64,000 nucleotides of DNA, taken from positions 744,997-808,996 of the forward strand of contig NW_019091362.1 in the NCBI RefSeq assembly GCF_001949145.1. Direction: 5' to 3'. The notes beneath the pieces were generated by a model. That model had not been told where the DNA came from, made no database searches, and saw nothing but the letters and a program-made list of their open reading frames with translations. Below are positions 36,893 through 48,509 of the stretch, piece by piece (positions within the stretch are counted from its first letter, which is position 1; each line of letters opens with the position of its first letter). The translations under genes and the position numbers were made by a program. Source of the DNA: Acanthaster planci. Its lineage: Eukaryota.

Positions 36893-38064
36893 GCTGGATA
36901 GCTGTAAAAAGACAGGTAAACTCTTGGCCTTTTCTATGTCATAGAATTGGTGGATGATTTGGGTCGGGTGCCGGACTCGCTAGCCATCAGCAGCACATGC
37001 CAGCGCGGAGCCCAGACCGCGAAGGCGACGTGGAACTCACCTGGGTTGGCGGGCGAGCTGGAGTCATTCCTCGCGGATAATCTGGAACAGTTATCCAGGA
37101 GCAGGGGCCGGAAATTCGACGGTATCGACTTCATCCAGTGCGCGGCATGGGGGAATCTTGGGTTAGGTCCCCTGGAGAATGCAGCCAAGTCTGCGCAGTC
37201 CCCGGGCGACTTCCCCCCTCCCAAAGTCGATGGGGCGAGAAAGGTGCAGTTCCATTTGGAGCACGACCATTTCGCCCCGGTCGCTGGGGAGGGGGCTGGG
37301 CATCGCCAGGCGACATCCTCCCTACCCCTCACTAGTACATCCACCGCCGGCATCCGTGGGGTGCCCTCTGGCGGCGGGGACGCACTGGGAGAGGCGTTCC
37401 AGTTGGAGCACCCTCAGGGTGGGTCTGCGGCTGGGGGGTCCTGGCGGGGGCCGATTGGAAGTTCATTCATGTCGTGTGGTAGCGTCGGGGCGCCCTCTCG
37501 CGGTACCGTCGTGGCTGAGAGAATGTTCCTCTCGGAGCACGGCCGGGCGGCTGCCGCGGGGTTGGAGCCTTGGTGCAAGGTAGCTGAAGCTTGTAATACT
37601 AGCCATAGTATGGGGGCGCCCTTTTGCGGCGCTGCGGGGGTTCAGGAAGCACCCCTCACGGAGCGCGGCCAGGCCGTGGTGGCGGCCGCGGGGGCGGGGC
37701 CCCGATGCGAATTGATGGGAGCTAGCGGACCCGTGACAAGTTTTTGGGCGCCCTCGCGCGCCAGGGACGTGGCTGGTGTGGCGTACCGCCTGGAGCGCTG
37801 CGAGGCCGCGGCCACGGTCGTCGGGAGGGGGAATCGTGACGGGCTAGCTGGAGTTTGTAAGATAAATACTGAGATGCGGGCGCCCCCAAGCGGCGAAACT
37901 GCGACAGGTGGTGCGATTGAGGCGGATCCCCAACTGGGGATCCGCATGTGTCTGTGTGAGGCGGATCCCACTTGGATCTATGCACAGACACGCGAAGCGG
38001 ATCCCCCTCGGATCCGCACACAGACTTACGAGGCCGATCCCCGTGCGGGGGGAGCCGATCAGAA

Positions 38065-38720
38065 GGACCGAAGACCAGTGCTACTTCCGGACCGGTATGA
38101 CGGAAGCTCGTCAATAGATGGAGCAAGGCCGAGAAGGCGGAGTACTTGGCCTCCCATCTGCGTGGACTGGCCCAGGAGGCATTCACTGACTTGTCACCGG
38201 AGGCCCGGAGGGACTACGTGAGCGTCCTTGAACACTTCGAGCAGCGGTTTTGAGTTGCTTCGCAGGTGCCGCTCCATCGGGCTCAACTTTCCATGCGGGT
38301 GCACGGTTGGGGAGAGTCCCTGGAGGAACTGGGGAGGTCCATCCGACGGTTAGTCCTCCGGAGTTACCCCATGCAGGCGTGTGAAGATCTGGCAGTTGAG
38401 GCTTTCCAGAACGCCCTGGTGGACTCAACGAACAATTGCAGTGCCATGTCTTCGCAAGTAAGGCCACAACCCTGGCAGAGGCGATTACCCTGGCCACTGA
38501 GATGGAGGCCTTTTTGGAGTCCCAGGCCTATCAGCAGAAGGGTAGGATCGAGGCCAAGGAGGCCTGAGTGGTCGAGGAACCCTCCGCAGGTACGCCAGGC
38601 AAGGCGGGGGCGGCGGGTGGAGACCCATCCTTGCCGGGCGCCCCCTCGCGGGTCCGGTGCTACGGGTGCCGCGAGTATGGGCATTTCCGCCGGGATTGCC
38701 CGCGCGGGAAAGGGAAGGGC
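38065..38720 (+). pseudogene. gag remnant (capsid-like region and CCHC zinc knuckle), frameshifted
   Basis: RPVLLPDRYDGSSS; ESLEELGRSIRRLVLRSYP...LAVEAFQNAL; RCYGCREYGHFRRDCP. Confidence 0.8.
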
Positions 38721-38914
38721 GGCGCCGTCCGGGGCCGGCTGCTGGCGGAGCCAGTCTCGACGGCGCCGCCGGGGCCGGTCCCTCTGGTGGATTCGGACCC
38801 CCCGCGGAGCCGGCTCCCAGAGGGGGAGGACGAGTTCCTGGTTGCGACAGCCGACATGGACGGAGAGGAGGATGACTTGATTTTGGACGGGTTTCCCGAG
38901 GTCTGGGACCTGAG

Positions 38915-40280
38915 AAAGCTAGCTCAGGAGTAGCAGGACGACCCGGAGCTGGGAGCGGTGCGCCAGTGGCTGGTGGCGGGGAGCGACCGGCCTGAATGGG
39001 AGGACATCTCCGACCTTGGCGCCGGGGTCAAAAGCTGGTGGTCCAGATGGGACACACTGCGCCTATTCCGAGTGGTCTTGCAAGTGAAGTGGGCAAAGGC
39101 CAACGGGGGCCCCCCTCCTGGAAGATCGACGTCCCCAGGCCAGGGTGCCAGAGGTTCTACTTCTTGCCCATAACCACCAAACTGCTGGACAACTCGGGGT
39201 CGCTCGGACCGTGGCCCGACTCAGGCAGGCTCCTGTGTATTGGAGGGAGATGAGACGGCAGGCTGAGGAGTGGTGCCAGAAATGTCATCTCTGCNNNNNN
39301 NNNNNNNNNNNNNNNNNNNNNNNNNNNNNNNNNNNNNNNNNNNNNNNNNNNNNNNNNNNNNNNNNNNNNNNNNNNNNNNNNNNNNNNNNNNNNNNNNNNN
39401 NNNNNNNNNNNNNNNNNNNNNNNNNNNNNNNNNNNNNNNNNNNNNNNNNNNNNNNNNNNNNNNNNNNNNNNNNNNNNNNNNNNNNNNNNNNNNNNNNNNN
39501 NNNNNNNNNNNNNNNNNNNNNNNNNNNNNNNNNNNNNNNNNNNNNNNNNNNNNNNNNNNNNNNNNNNNNNNNNNNNNNNNNNNNNNNNNNNNNNNNNNNN
39601 NNNNNNNNNNNNNNNNNNNNNNNNNNNNNNNNNNNNNNNNNNNNNNNNNNNNNNNNNNNNNNNNNACACGGATCAATGGCGGGAGTTCGAGGCGGGCCTG
39701 TTCCATGGGGTCTGCCAGCTGTTGGGCATCCACAAGACCAGGACGACTCCGTTCCACCCTCAGTCCGACGGCATGGTCAAACGGCTCAATTGTACCGTGA
39801 AGACCATGCTGAGCGTGTTCGTGGATGAGAATCAGGACGACTGGGACGAACATTTTCCCTACGTCGTGATGGCCTACCATTCCTCCCAGCACGATAGCAC
39901 CAGGCTCACCCCGAACATGTTCATGCTCGGGATGGAGGTGGGACTTCCCCTGGACGTCGTCTTGGGGTCACCGGAGGAACGGTCGGAGACTACCTAGGCA
40001 CTAAATCACGTCGACGAGCTGAGAGCGAAGCTCACGCGGGCCCACGAGTTTGCCCGACGACATCTGAGGCGGACTCAGAGCTACCAGAAGCAGCAGTACG
40101 ACCGTCGCGCCCAGGAGGGCGGGTTCGAGCCCGGCCAGGCTGTTTGGCTGTTCACCCCAAAGAAGAAGGTCGGCCGCTCCCCCAAGCTGCAACGGTGGTG
40201 GGACGGACCCTTCGCGGTGCTACAACGCCTCAACAACGAAGGCTTGGATCGTGCATCGCAATCGGCTCAAGCGCTACCTG
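38915..40280 (+). pseudogene. Gypsy integrase remnant (H2C2-type zinc domain, DDE core, GPF/Y motif), interrupted by N-gap 39295-39665
   Basis: QDDPELGAVRQW; AHNHQTAGQLGVART...YWREMRRQAEEWCQKCHLC; LGIHKTRTTPFHPQSDGMV.RLN.TVKTML; SPKLQRWWDGPF; HRNRLKRY. Confidence 0.9.
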
Positions 40281-40662
40281 GGCGACGTGCAGCTTGGATG
40301 GTGGGAGCGCGAAGCCCACAGAGCCTTGGCCGAGGGGGCGCCAGCACGGGCAGGGGGGCAAGGAGCCAGGGGATCCGGCCCTCAGTCCTGCCCGCGGGGG
40401 CCGTCTCCCCCCGTTGACGAAGGGACCGCACTGGAACCTGTTGACGGGGCAAAGTCGGGACGCCCTGGGCAGGAGCGGCGGCGTGTCGAGCAGGGAGAGC
40501 TCGGATATAAGCAGCCAGGTAGGCAGCGCGCCGGCGGAGCCATCGCCTTGCGAACCGGAGGCGGGGGGAGCGTGTGTGACTCGCAAGGGGCAGCGCGTTC
40601 GGCGCCCGGTGCGATTCTGCTCTACGCTAACTCCTGAATCTCCCTCTGTTTCTCTCCCCGGG

Positions 40663-41010
40663 ATGGACCGGTTGGCCTGCCCCCACTGTCAGCGAGAATT
40701 CCGCCAGCGGACCAACTTGCGGCGACACCTGAGGTCGGCATGTATGGAGCTGTTCGCCACCCGGCCCTATACCTGTGAGTGTGGGTGTGGCCGCTGCTTC
40801 TACCGCTCGGACATGCGGGATCGGCACCACCGACACTGCGACTACGTCCTCGTCGGCCAGATCCAAGCCGAGGACCCTGACGTCCCGGAGGTCTCCGCCA
40901 GTGGCGGGGAGTTGGGGGGTGACGAGTTCCCCATGGAGCAGTCTCTCCCCCCCTGCCGGTCCTCTGGAGGGAGCCGCCCAGACCCACCCCCGGTCAGCTG
41001 CTGCAGGTGA
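40663..41010 (+). CDS. C2H2-type zinc-finger ORF carried by the LTR element
   Basis: MDRLACPHCQREFRQRTNLRRHLRSAC...RPYTCECGCGRCFYRSDMRDRHHRHC: two finger-like units with a TRPY linker, then an acidic/Pro-rich tail that probably continues across a frameshift. Confidence 0.65.
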   Translation: MDRLACPHCQREFRQRTNLRRHLRSACMELFATRPYTCECGCGRCFYRSDMRDRHHRHCDYVLVGQIQAEDPDVPEVSASGGELGGDEFPMEQSLPPCRSSGGSRPDPPPVSCCR

Positions 41011-41551
41011 GCCCCCGCCACCGGTGCCCTCTCGGCGCCGAAGGCGGGGGTTGCGAGGCCGGCCGGAACAACGAGACCCGTCGGACTCGCCTTGCAATGC
41101 AGCCCTGGGCCCTCAGGCCCCCGCGGCGGCCGGGACCGCCCCCCTGCGCCACTCAGTAGAGGCGGGGACGCAGACTGAGGAAGAACCCCCAGCTCCAGTT
41201 TGGCCACCAGAGACACAGACACCATGATGGACCCACCCCTCTGTGAGCTTCACCACAGCCAGTGGCGGTCGGAGGTCCAGCGGGAGCCCCCTCCACCGCC
41301 CACCGGAGTCCGCCCCCCTGGAGCAGCGAGGCAACGCCGGTGGGCACCACGACGACCGGAGTCTCCTCCACACTGGACCCCTGGATCCCCCACATGGTAG
41401 CGGAGAAGACCCTTGGAACCCACCAGACTTGTACTTGTTGCTTGTTTTCACTCTTTGTAAGCTGCGCAGGGGCGACCGGGATGGCCTTGGGCCGGCCCGC
41501 CGGGTTGCGGCACCTCGTTCGGGGACGAATAAGAGTCCTCGAAGGGGGTGG

Positions 41552-41821
41552 TGTAGTGCCGGCCGGTCCGGCCGGTGGGGGCGCCAGCTCAGACCCGCAT
41601 GGAGTTGGCTGGCTGCCCACGCTGGTATGCGAACGGCCAGCGGTTTCCCGCCTTGCGCCTGCGCAGTCCCTGCCGACAGGCGCCATGTTTGGAGTTGAGC
41701 TGAGAGCACATTGTGGTGTACGCTACAGCAATAAAACACAGATTTCGTGACCAAAACAGCGAGTTGCAGCTGAGTGTCATTCTTTACCAGCGTCGAACCC
41801 TGTTCAGCGGGACACGCTACA
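41552..41821 (+). repeat. 3' LTR (270 bp)
   Basis: Direct repeat of 36602-36872, preceded by a polypurine tract. Confidence 0.95.
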
Positions 41822-42496
41822 ATATCATGGAGACAGCTAGACAGTTTCTGTCTGACTGCTGTGATGATGTTGTTATGTACCACTGAGGCGAGGAGGTTTG
41901 AATGAGGTTCCATCACCATCCACTTAAAGAGTTAATGGCTAGTACTGTATTTATTATTGAAAACCTTCATCATAAGCTGAGTGACCTGGCGGTCCAATTT
42001 GCTTGATAGCTGCCTTGAGTTACTGGTTGAATGAACAGTTAGTTTTTCAGTGTACATATGCAGCATTAGGCTGCCTCTTTTTTTTCTAAGTTGTGGAAAC
42101 TGGTAGCCTTTTGGAAATTCGCCGCCCTTTTATAAGTGCCTTTATCACCAACATCATTTGCCTAAGTGGATTCTGATCTCATCACATGATGTTCACTAGA
42201 TGTTTTCAAAGACTACTGTTAAGATCTTGGACGTGTTAGCTTTGATCTGTTGATGCATTTTCGTGTTTTGTTTATGGCTTCAGCATCGACTTGCATCTCT
42301 TGCTCTTGCTACTATGCTTTGGATATTTCCCTGCGATGTTTTTGTCATCTCATGCTGTGTTTTTCTTTATGCAAAACCAGCCGGATGTGTACTGCACATG
42401 ATATATTGAAATGAATTGAAAGAGTGACTTGACTGCGAAGCATCAAAAAAGTTCAAGCCTGTAATGACTATTTACTATCTGTGTATACCGTACGTC

Positions 42497-43033
42497 ATGG
42501 CTTTAAATGAACCTAAGAATTTCAAACTTGCTACTGTAATGGTCATTATTGGATGGATCGGTGTACATGCCATTTGCAAACCAGGTTGGATGGAACATGG
42601 CTCGTCTTGCTACATCTTTACAGGTCAAGAGATGAATTGGGAGAATGGAAGTATATGCTGCCAAGGGCTTGATGGGATGCTGTTGGTTGTTGAGACAGAG
42701 GAAGAAAATGACTTCATCGCTCAAGAATTGATAAATCGGAACATGTCAGAGGCCTGGCTTGGTTGCAATGATAAGGTCACAGAGGGCACATGGGTTTGTT
42801 ATCCTGAAGGTGTCAAGAGAATGCAGTATGAGAACTGGGGGGAAGGACGACCAAGTAATTATAAAAACCAGGACTGTGCAACAATTGACATCCAGACTCA
42901 TGATGGCCAGTGGAACGATAGATGGTGCAGCAGCAGTAGGTACACTGTATGCGAGACAACCAGCAGCAGAGTCCCCGCCATGTCCTGCTATAGTCTGGGT
43001 TTTGATGGACACTTTCTTTTTAAGCTCCCCTGA
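42497..43033 (+). CDS. Secreted C-type lectin 4 (single exon, 178 aa)
   Basis: Signal-like LATVMVIIGWIGVHA; CTLD with RPS/WND; extra Cys in SICCQ. Confidence 0.92.
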   Translation: MALNEPKNFKLATVMVIIGWIGVHAICKPGWMEHGSSCYIFTGQEMNWENGSICCQGLDGMLLVVETEEENDFIAQELINRNMSEAWLGCNDKVTEGTWVCYPEGVKRMQYENWGEGRPSNYKNQDCATIDIQTHDGQWNDRWCSSSRYTVCETTSSRVPAMSCYSLGFDGHFLFKLP

Positions 43034-43612
43034 AGGCTCCAATGGATTGATGTCCATCCATGGTATGGTGGTTTGTATTATCTTTCCTTCCCCTCAGGTA
43101 CTGAATTGAAGCAGTCGTGTTTTCATCAGCTGACTACACAGCACTCTCTTCTCCCTTGGCACAAGCTGTAAGCTCATCAGCTGCTTCCTGAAGTAATTGG
43201 ATGCTAATTAGTAATCTCATAATTGCCATCATCATGTGATGGAAGTGGCTTTTGATGACATTGTTAATGTTTTTCAGGCTGATGGGGTCCCAGACATCTG
43301 TTCTCCTATTGGTTGTTTCTTTTAGTTTTGTGGCTGCCTGTTGTTACTGCAGTGTCCTTATCATCATCACCATAATTTGTCTCATGCTGTTTTCACTCGA
43401 TATCACCAAATAGTGCTGCTCACATTTTGTAGTGGTTACCTGCATATCCTTGCTGATCAATCTTGTGTTCTGTTGATGATAACAGCATCTTCTCACATCG
43501 TTTTTTCTTGTTACCAAGCTTTAAATGGTTCCTTGGTCTAATTGCTTCGTCAGCTACATATGTATCTGTACTTGAACCGATACTGTTGGAATGAATAAAA
43601 AGTACATGTATA

Positions 43613-44140
43613 ATGGCAGTGACTGAACATCGGAACCTCAAGTCGGCCATCATTATTGTAACTACTGGATTCATTGTTGGAAACTGTGCCATTTGCACAC
43701 TGGGATGGCTGAAACATGGCTCTTCTTGCTACAAGTTTGCAAGTGATAAGATGACTTGGGAGAATGGAAGCACATACTGCCAAGATCTTGGTGGGATGCT
43801 GTTGGTAATTGAGTCAGAAGAAGAGAATGACTTCATCACCGGAAAACTGAGAAATCTCAATATGATAAGGGCTTGGCTTGGTTGCAGTGATAAAGACTCA
43901 GAGGGCACATGGATGTGTTATGCTGATGAAGGCATAACAAGAATGCAGTATGAGAACTGGGCAGATGAGAAACCAAACAACTTTCGTGGCCAAGATTGTG
44001 GAGTAATAGAGAAAAATAAAGATGGCAAGTGGAAAGACAGAGGTTGCAACATTCTTAGGAGCACCATATGTGAGAAAAGCAGTAGAGTCTCTACCATGTC
44101 CTGCTATAGTTTGGATTCAGATGGCCGCTTTTACCCCTAA
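43613..44140 (+). CDS. Secreted C-type lectin 5 (single exon, 175 aa), most divergent member
   Basis: Signal-like AIIIVTTGFIVGNCA; CTLD with KPN/WKD. Confidence 0.92.
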   Translation: MAVTEHRNLKSAIIIVTTGFIVGNCAICTLGWLKHGSSCYKFASDKMTWENGSTYCQDLGGMLLVIESEEENDFITGKLRNLNMIRAWLGCSDKDSEGTWMCYADEGITRMQYENWADEKPNNFRGQDCGVIEKNKDGKWKDRGCNILRSTICEKSSRVSTMSCYSLDSDGRFYP

Positions 44141-44711
44141 ACCTTACATCATCATCTAAGCAGTTCAGCTATTTCTTACGGACACACTGGTGTGAAAAGC
44201 GAGAGCCACAATTTCTTCTCTTACTCATGAATAGATGTTCCGCTGATGTGGATACAACTACGGGGAACTACAACTGACAGCCGATATGCTGACTGCGGAA
44301 AGTACTAGCTGTTCACAATAGTATACATGTAGTAAAAGCTATATGACATCTTTATTTGTGAACATCACTGTAAAACAACCACGAGTTCCAGAGTCTTTAC
44401 TGACCGGTCAAATTTTGCATCCTTTATCTGGCAACACAGATTTGTGTTGTTATAATGTCACAAAGCTGGAGTCAAGTAATATCCTCAAGGGCGTCAATCC
44501 AGTTTGAACAGTGGGGGACATGTAGCCCTGATCTGAACAAATGCGAGCGCTAAGTGCGAAACCCTGAGTGATGTAGGGTCCGGGGCTTTTTGCAAGGTAT
44601 ACATTTTCATTTAGGTTTTGGAAAAAACTGGGGGGGGGGACATGTCTCCCCCGGTCCCCCACCGATTGACACCCATGCATATCCTCACAATTGCTTCACA
44701 CCTACCTCATA

Positions 44712-44981
44712 CAGGGGCATAGCAAAGTCATTTTCATGGAGGGGGGTTTGTGCCAGAGTCAATTTGCAGATTATGAACTTGTTCGTCAAACTCGTGTCGT
44801 GTAAAATGAAAATCTGTGGTATTTTACATCTCATGCTTCGCGGGAAATTCCGACGGCCAACATATATTGTTTATTTACCAATTTTGGATTCATTTTCCAA
44901 CTGAAGCTATATTTGCTGACTGGAATTTAATTATTGGGGGGTGCTGCACCCCCACACACCCCCCAAGTCGCTACGCCCCTG
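44712..44981. mobile_element. hAT-type MITE (CAGGGGC.TAGC TIR, 8-bp TSD acctcata/acctaata); paralogous copy starts near 33680
   Basis: caggggcatagc ... gctacgcccctg. Confidence 0.75.
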
Positions 44982-47900
44982 ACCTAATATCATAAGTGCA
45001 TTATATAGGTACATGTCATTTTCTCTAATGCCACTTGTTATTTAAATGAACTATGACAAAGACATTGCTCTGTGGTTGTATTGTTCTCCAACTGTTTGTA
45101 ACGGCAGTACTTGAAAGTTGAAACTACTTGTGAAAAAATCGACTACAACTTTTTGTTATAGATAGCTAGGTGTATTTAGCAATACTTAAGACACTGTTCA
45201 GAAAATAGAAAGCACTTTTAACGAGCTCTTGTGTTTCTTGTTGTTTTGTGAAATGGTTAACATTGTGGCAAAATGTCAATAGCCACAGTGGAATTTCAAA
45301 TCCTTCAAACATTTAGAATGAAATCTTTGCTGTAAGTAGTGTTGTGGAACATTGATTAGATGATGGGGGTATGGTTGCAGTTCATACTAATATCAGTCTA
45401 TAACAGGAGTACAATGTTAGTGAAAACTATCAAAATTCAGCAAGTTCCTTTAACAGTAAAAATAGTGATAATTAATTGCAAACATTAAATGTCATTTTAA
45501 GTACTATTTGCACAATTCTAACAATCTGTTTTCAATGGTTAAAGTGCACACAATTCAAGTAACAATTCTATCATAATCTATCACACAACCATGGACTATA
45601 CCCATGGATAACACTGTTTCACTGTGTTCATGCATAGTATACACAGTCGGTGCTCTTTACACGTAGACGGAAGGTTGCACGGCACACGTAACAATGTCTG
45701 CACATTGACGGCTCTTCACACAAACACAAAATCTTGTGGGATAAATGTGTAAAACATTAACATTTTAAATCTCTTAGAGGAGGAAATGTCATGTGAGTAG
45801 TCGGCTTGGTTCTATAATAGAAAAAATGAATAGGTTATCAAATGAATTGAGCAAATTGTAAGACACACAGGATCAAATGTTCATCTGTATTAAAGATCAG
45901 GGTTTTATTGGACCATCTCACTTCTCACAGTTACAGGGAGATCTACTCGCCTAAGAACTCGGCTTTCTCATGTCTAATTTTTAGAAAAGAAAAACTTGAC
46001 CAGAAGATATTTCTTAAGACCTCTGATGGCTTGACATGTCAACCAATGCACAACAATGACATCAGAGAAAATATCAGGGATTCTACCCTTCTCCTCAGCT
46101 CTTTTAGGGTTTAGCGTACTAAGGCGGACTGTGGAAACTTAAGGATGCAGTTTTCCTTTGTACTAGTGACTTGTACACTGGGTTCAGAAATGATTTATTC
46201 GGGTTCAGTATCAAACAAATAATAAATGTTGCACATTCATGTAGTGACAAATAATTTGATTTGGTAACAAATTGAATGTTCTGTTCCATTCGACCTTGCC
46301 TCATGGAATGGAACTGAAATTATTCTATCCATTCCACTTGTAAACTTCTACTATTTGTAAACTATTTAACAATTATTCCCTGTCACAGACTGCTGTACAA
46401 AACATAAAAATGAGAAAGGTGTCTTTGAATAAGAACAAGAATGGAAAGAAACATGTGCAACGAGGAAAATGGCACACTATGGGGAACTCGCAAAACAACC
46501 AAAAAACTCAAACTAAACCAAGGATCTTCGAGGGAAAAGTCACCGGAAACTGAATTAATAAGGACTCGGACATCAAATTGGAATTCAAAAAAAGGACACA
46601 AAAGAATTTATTAATGAAAAAGTACTAAAAAAAATGCAAAACCCCAAGGTCTTAAGGACTAAAAGAACTTTGAAAGGACTAAAACTAAAAGACTAAAAAT
46701 TTAAAAAGACTGAAAACCAAACCCAACACAGTGTGAAAAATGGACCTAATGAGGAGAGTTTGGCTTTTGATCACTGACTTCTAGCAGAATAGGGCTCAAG
46801 CAGAAAACCACACTCCAGTTAGGAGGAACAATACATGTGAAGGTGACTGGTCTCTGCTGATCTGCTACACTGAGTGTGACCAGACTAGGGGGAAGCTGTG
46901 GCTTAAACAAATAAACAGGGGGCTCACTACTAAAAACATCAAGAACTCCAAACTAAAGATAAACATTTTTAAAGGGGAAGTACTTCTATGTAAAATGTGT
47001 ATTCAATAACATAATCATTTCTGGCTATGCATGCAGTGAAAATGTTTGACAAGATGAAGAAACCTAGACTCTGGACAAAAAAGCTGAATGGACAGTGATG
47101 TAGCCTTCCTTTTTCTTGTAGGGCATGAGAATGTGAACTTAAAAATTTGAATGTTTCTTGAGGGTATTTGCTACTCATAATGAACAATGATTAGTGACAT
47201 TATAAATGAGTGTTCATTTGATACCTGCCAAGCAATTAACTGGTATACATGTGTACTTGTAAATATGTGGCGGGAAATATTGATTACTGAATTGCAACAG
47301 CCTCAAAGAGCTGGGTTATTTTTGGCCATTTCACAGCTTAAATGGGCTTTGCTGTTTGGAAATTTGGCAGGCATATAAAAGCACTCCTTTTCATTACAAA
47401 CGTAAAGTTTGAACTCAATTAGATATATAGGGTTTGTTACAGTCATTTGAAGTTCAAAGTTACTTGCATGTCAGCTCATGTGCATTGAGCGCCGCAGTGA
47501 AAAATTATGCATATTTGGTCAACCTGTCTCAGGAAAATGGGCACTGCGCTAGAGCGGTATGTTTGATTTTCGTAAAATGTGAGTCAAAATAACTGCAAAG
47601 AGTTATTCCAAAAGACTCCAACATGCAATGTGGTAATATTGGAAAAACGCCGGGAAGGGGTTTGGGGTTATGAGAAACTTTATCTATTGATGATGAAAGG
47701 TAAGTTTGAAAATGGCTGACTTGAGGAGGAGGTAAATTTCATTGATATTCCGTGATATCACAATATTCAAGTAATTTGTTTCTGTCTTTTCCTTAATGGC
47801 ATTACCCTATATCAGGTAGAAATCCCTACATTTAGTATTTCATCGAGACGGCTAGACAGTTTCCGTCTAATTGCTGTGATGATGTTACATACCACTGAGG

Positions 47901-48509
47901 CTAGGAGGCTTGAACAAGGTTCCATCACCATCCACTTAACGAGTTACATGTACAATGGCTAGTACAGTATTTATTATTGACAACATTCGTTATAAGCTTA
48001 GTGAGCTGGCAGTCTTGTTTGCTTGATGGCTGCCATTACTGGTTGAATGAACAGGTGGTTTTTAAGTGCACATGCAGCATTAAGCTGTCTCTCTTTTTCA
48101 TGGACACCAGTAGCCTTTTTGGACATTCGCTGCCTATTTATAAGTGCCTTCATCACCATCATCATTTGCCTGAGTGGCTCCCAATGTCACCAATCATTTT
48201 GTCAAAGAGTGCTATTTTGATCCCGGAGCAGTTAGTTTTTGATCTGTTGATGCATTTGTGTTTGATTGATGGCTTCAACATCTTCTTCCATCCTTTTCTC
48301 TTTTCACTCCTCTCTGGATACTGGTATTTCCTTGCAATGTTTTCATCATCCATCTCATCCTGTGGTGTTTCTTCATGCAAAGCCAGCCAGTGATGTACTT
48401 CAGCTAATGTGTGGAAGTGAATAGAAAGTGTGACTTGACTGCAAGTCATCAAAAAAGTAGGAGCCTACTTGTGCAACAACAATTTTCCTCTGTTTACTAC
48501 CCACACGTT

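Larger units (their letters stand above)
36602..41821 (+). mobile_element. Gypsy-type LTR retrotransposon, non-autonomous (gag + integrase + zinc-finger ORF; no PR/RT/RNaseH)
   Basis: Paired TG...CA LTRs, 4-bp TSD ATAT (36598-36601 / 41822-41825), PBS, PPT gaagggggtgg at 41541-41551, GC-rich interior, empty paralogous site near 47835. Confidence 0.95.

Noticed and set aside
13656..39892. Long ORFs full of X at 13.7, 31.9 and 39.2 kb
   Set aside because: Artefacts of translating through N-gaps.
36460..41919. Numerous overlapping ORFs on both strands in the LTR element
   Set aside because: High GC suppresses stop codons; only the gag, integrase and zinc-finger frames show motifs.
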